Assembly (NCBI GenBank): GCA_003452965.1
Contig: DMMW01000002.1
Coordinates: forward strand, 43,975 to 107,974
Direction of reading: 5' to 3'
Source of the DNA: Elusimicrobiota bacterium
GTDB taxonomy: Bacteria > Elusimicrobiota > UBA8919
DNA length: 64,000 nucleotides
The translations under genes were made by a program, and so were the position numbers. Shown piece by piece: positions 63,051-64,000 of the stretch. Under the pieces are notes generated by a model, which saw nothing but the letters and a program-made list of their open reading frames with translations, was not told the DNA's origin and did no database searches. Numbering within the stretch: position 1 is the stretch's first letter; every line of letters starts with the position of its first letter.

Positions 63051-63917
63051 ATGAAGATAATAATTTTGGGTGGGACTGGATTGCTCGGGCATACACTTTG
63101 GGAATATCTTTCCTTGAAAAATTCCGATACTTATACTACTGTAAGATTATCGCGATCCAATTATGAAAATTATAAGAGTAATAAAGTTATAGATAATGTT
63201 GATATAACTGATATTGAAAATGTTGAAAAGATACTTAATAAAATTAAACCGGATATTATTCTGAACTGTATAGGTGTAACTAAAAGAAGGGAAAATATAG
63301 ATAATTATCAATATCTAAGTATTCTTTTGAATGCCTTATTCCCGATAAGATTATCGCAGTGGGCTAAAAAAAATAATTCAAAAGTTATCAATTTCAGTAC
63401 CGATTGTGTATTTGACGGTAAAATCGGAAATTATTCGGAAGATAGTCCTACAAATGCAACAGATGTTTATGGAAAAACGAAATCACTCGGAGAAATTAGG
63501 GATGATAATGCTCTTACATTACGTTCTTCGTTTATTGGCTTTGAACTTTATCATAAGACAGAATTATTGGAATGGTTTCTATCGCAAAAAGTAACAGTGA
63601 AAGGTTTTAAAAATGCGATATATTCAGGATTAACCACTTTGGAATTAAGCAGGGTAGTTGAGAATATATTATTATCATATCCTAAAATGACCGGACTTTA
63701 CAATATCTCAAGCGAGTCGATAAATAAATATGATTTATTGATGTTGATTAGAAAAAAGTTTAAACTTGTTACGAAAATAATACCGGATGAAACTTTCTCT
63801 TGTGACAGAAGTTTAAATTCTTCAAAATTTAGAAAAGAACTTAATTATAATCCGCCTTCATGGGAATCTATGATTGCCGAATTATCTGAAAAATATTTAC
63901 AAAAAAAGGATGTTTGA
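63051..63917 (+). CDS. dTDP-4-dehydrorhamnose reductase-like SDR (RmlD family)
   Basis: MKIIILGGTGLLG, ILNCIGVTK, INFSTDCVFDG, YGKTKSLGE. Confidence 0.6.
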   Translation: MKIIILGGTGLLGHTLWEYLSLKNSDTYTTVRLSRSNYENYKSNKVIDNVDITDIENVEKILNKIKPDIILNCIGVTKRRENIDNYQYLSILLNALFPIRLSQWAKKNNSKVINFSTDCVFDGKIGNYSEDSPTNATDVYGKTKSLGEIRDDNALTLRSSFIGFELYHKTELLEWFLSQKVTVKGFKNAIYSGLTTLELSRVVENILLSYPKMTGLYNISSESINKYDLLMLIRKKFKLVTKIIPDETFSCDRSLNSSKFRKELNYNPPSWESMIAELSEKYLQKKDV

Positions 63918-63928
63918 TTGCACAGATT
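63917..63928 (-). repeat. junction motif variant, minus orientation (ATTGCACAGATT), starts at last base of upstream stop codon
   Basis: one mismatch to ATTACACAGATT. Confidence 0.6.
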
Positions 63929-63975
63929 ATTATAATCAGGTTACTAAGGTTCTTAAGAAAAAAGATTTTGGTTCT

Positions 63976-63987
63976 AATCTGTGTAAT
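63976..63987 (+). repeat. junction motif AATCTGTGTAAT (+), inverted partner of 63917 copy
   Basis: direct read of sequence. Confidence 0.75.
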
Positions 63988-64000
63988 TGGTTTAGAAAAT

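Noticed and set aside
19429-63594. Small plus-strand ORFs 19429..19632, 50586..50774, 63406..63594
   Set aside because: They are out-of-frame overlaps inside confidently assigned genes (Sat domain, formyltransferase, RmlD-like); no independent support.

Overview
The window is AT-rich (about 28% GC, estimated by eye) and every gene I can support lies on the + strand. It reads as one contiguous, largely translationally coupled glycan biosynthesis supercluster of about 56 genes (O-antigen, capsule or S-layer-glycan type); many neighbouring genes overlap by 4 nt (ATGA or TGAT). It is open at both ends: the 5' end falls inside a DegT/RfbH-like gene, and the 3' end sits in an intergenic spacer after an RmlD-like reductase.

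I can recognise these modules:
- Glycosyltransferases: at least 12, of the GT2 and GT4 families.
- Wzy-dependent assembly: two MOP/Wzx-type flippases, a Wzz-like co-polymerase and a Wzy-like polymerase.
- Nonulosonic (sialic-like) acid pathway: NeuC, NeuB, NeuA, with a NeuD/PglD acetyltransferase.
- Heptose pathway: GmhA, a reversed-order HldE-like nucleotidyltransferase/kinase and a split transketolase, plus Rmd-like and Fcl-like GDP-6-deoxy enzymes.
- Other sugar enzymes: a Glf mutase, a sugar N-formyltransferase with a FemAB-like partner, and a radical-SAM/SPASM enzyme.
- Methylation: seven putative methyltransferases, one paired with a Trm112-like activator.
- Sulfation: a sulfotransferase, a pyruvate-kinase-like domain fused to ATP sulfurylase, and APS kinase.

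The observations I rate highest are listed below.
- The pyruvate-kinase::ATP-sulfurylase fusion inside the PAPS module.
- A recurrent 12-16 nt motif, AATCTGTGTAAT(CAG), in both orientations at gene and module junctions; some copies pair up around GC-rich hairpins.
- A previously unrecognised domain of about 110 aa, present four times at the N-termini of three membrane proteins, with near-identical nucleotide stretches.
- Two paralogous DUF362 + carboxylate-activating enzyme gene pairs; the AsnB-like member carries Ala in place of the catalytic Cys2.
- Several perfect palindromes and GC-rich stem-loops in the few intergenic spacers.

I saw no rRNA, tRNA, CRISPR array or IS element.
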